DNA of 64,000 nucleotides from Bispira polyomma (Eukaryota): NCBI GenBank assembly GCA_965649765.1, contig OZ287753.1, positions 69,006,001 to 69,070,000 of the forward strand, read 5' to 3'. Shown piece by piece: positions 62,173 to 64,000 of this stretch (position 1 is its first letter; each line of letters starts with the position of its first letter). The notes under the pieces were generated by a model. It saw only the letters and a program-made list of their open reading frames with translations, ran no database searches and was not told where the DNA came from. The position numbers and the translations under genes were made by a program.

Positions 62173-64000
62173 GTGAGTTTAGTTATTTATTTTTAGTTCT
62201 ACTCTTTACTGTTGCTGTGTATTTAATAAAAAGTATATACCAACCTTAACAGTTTTACGGTCATACTTTGTTAATTTACATGGTTTTGTATAAGACACAA
62301 GATCATTCGAATTGATCAGTGAAAAAAAAATCCTTGTTTTATTGGTTCATATTTGTTCATATATTTTTATATTTGACGAACAAATTTAGTAACATTTATT
62401 TCTCCATACTATTAGAGTAGAGTTGTTCATACTAATACCCCTTTTCCACTATCCTGATCACAACCCCCGATTATAAGATCGGGGCGATTATCGGTAAGGT
62501 CGGGGGCTTCCAATGACTTCTCTTTTCTAATTGGGGAGGTCACAGAGATTTTCAAACATGTTTTCAAACCTGGTATTCTCAGATTTTTTTCCTAGAAAAC
62601 CCAAGAATAACTTAAAAAAACCTAAGAATAAGAATTTTGGCATTCATTAAAATCTTATTATCCATATTTGTAGATGGCAGTACTGTAAACAATGGCCACA
62701 TGACCATCATAAACATGCGTGTGTGCACATTTCTATTTACAATTCCTATTGTAAGTATTTATTCTTAAATAAGAATTGCCTTAGAAATACTATTTCATTC
62801 TAAGAATGAGAACAATTCTTAGATAAGACGATTTTCTTATTTTGAATCAAATTTGTATTCTAAGAGTAAGAATGTTAGTGCCTACAGCCCCTGGTCTATT
62901 GTAAAATAACTCGTAATCCACTGAAGAAAAATTCAATTTGGCATTCTGGCAACCAACAATACCTGTGAAGTATAACTGGCAGCTCATTCTTTTTCTAACC
63001 AAGAAAAGGCTATCACCAAATAACAGAGTCAGTCCACAGCTATCACTTCCACACACACAGTAATTTGGACTGGAAACTCAAATGGATCACAGAGAGAGCG
63101 TACAAAAAGCTGAGAATGTAATGAGCCCTTGTAATAAGCATGTGTTGTGAGGGGGGGGGGGAGGGGGGGGGGGGTCAATTCACTGGAGGTATTAATTAGG
63201 CTTCTTGTGGAACTATCCATCTATAATAACTTGTTACACACGTTTTTGTCTTGACAATATAGTTACAGTGTTGTATGCCATTTTAAATACCAAGAAAAAG
63301 GACGCATTCTGGGCTAAGGACTGATAAAGCTCTTTTTTTAAGTAAATGTGTTATGAAATCGTAAATAATTAAGAGAACTGAATATTTGTTAAATGCACAA
63401 GTGTAGCTAGTATCTTTGTTTTCCTGTTTCACAATTAAGAGGGGAAAAATGGTGTTATTTGATTTTAGGTCGGTACATTCAATCTGGGCTCTACTTTACC
63501 CAAAACAAAAATGATCATACATATATGCAATAGTAAAATTACCCGAATGGTGTGTATTAAAAAAGATATATGACTAGTAATTTTGTAATACACACTACAC
63601 GAGGGTTGTTTTACATTTATTATCCACTCAAAAAGTGACAAACAGAAACAGAGAAAAAAAACAAAAACAAAAAAAAAAAAAACAAAAAAACAAAACAAAA
63701 ACACACGCACGGATAAAACAAAGTTAAACTTTGTCCTGTATTACTTTACATGCCAGTTAAGGGGCCCAGCATGACGCAATATTTCGCCAATGAGAACCAT
63801 CTCTGGGCGTGGCTTAATATAATTTGGGAGTACCAGTCACTGTTGATTTTCTGTAGCTGGTGTTTTGGTTACACAAGCTTGACCATGACCTTGTTCTCCA
63901 GAAGGGTGCAGCATCTCACAATTATCCTTCATATCCAAACTATATCGTTTCTAGTGATAAACTTTGTCCCCACACACACCAGTGACTTGGTACAGCCATG

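Overview
AT-rich, intron-containing eukaryotic DNA that looks like an invertebrate animal genome (spliced genes, tRNA-derived SINEs, CR1/L2 LINEs, MITEs); the species cannot be determined from this window. Most short ORFs in the supplied track are noise or repeat debris. Host genes, all on the + strand: (1) a multi-exon FAD-linked aldonolactone-oxidase (GULO/ALO-like) gene at about 11.5/13.0-17.0 kb; (2) a five-exon, single-CRD TNF-receptor-like type I membrane protein gene at 32.9-43.3 kb; (3) the first coding exon of a second GULO-like paralog at 62.0 kb. Mobile DNA includes a full-length but decayed Gmr1-type Ty3/gypsy element (integrase before RT, tRNA-Pro PBS) at 44.9-51.6 kb, a solo LTR of the same family at 4.6-5.4 kb, a DIRS/Ngaro-type tyrosine-recombinase retroelement remnant, a Penelope GIY-YIG remnant, a Harbinger transposase remnant, and many MITEs, LINE fragments and minisatellites. 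The most unusual observation is at 1.7-9.6 kb (minus strand). Once three nested insertions are removed by eye, it reads as a decayed element bounded by ~420-460 bp direct repeats. It encodes a retrotransposon Gag-like protein, a C2H2 finger, a charged linker and a complete TatD-family nuclease domain, with no visible RT or integrase. All alignments and translations were done by eye, so repeat boundaries are approximate unless a TSD is quoted.
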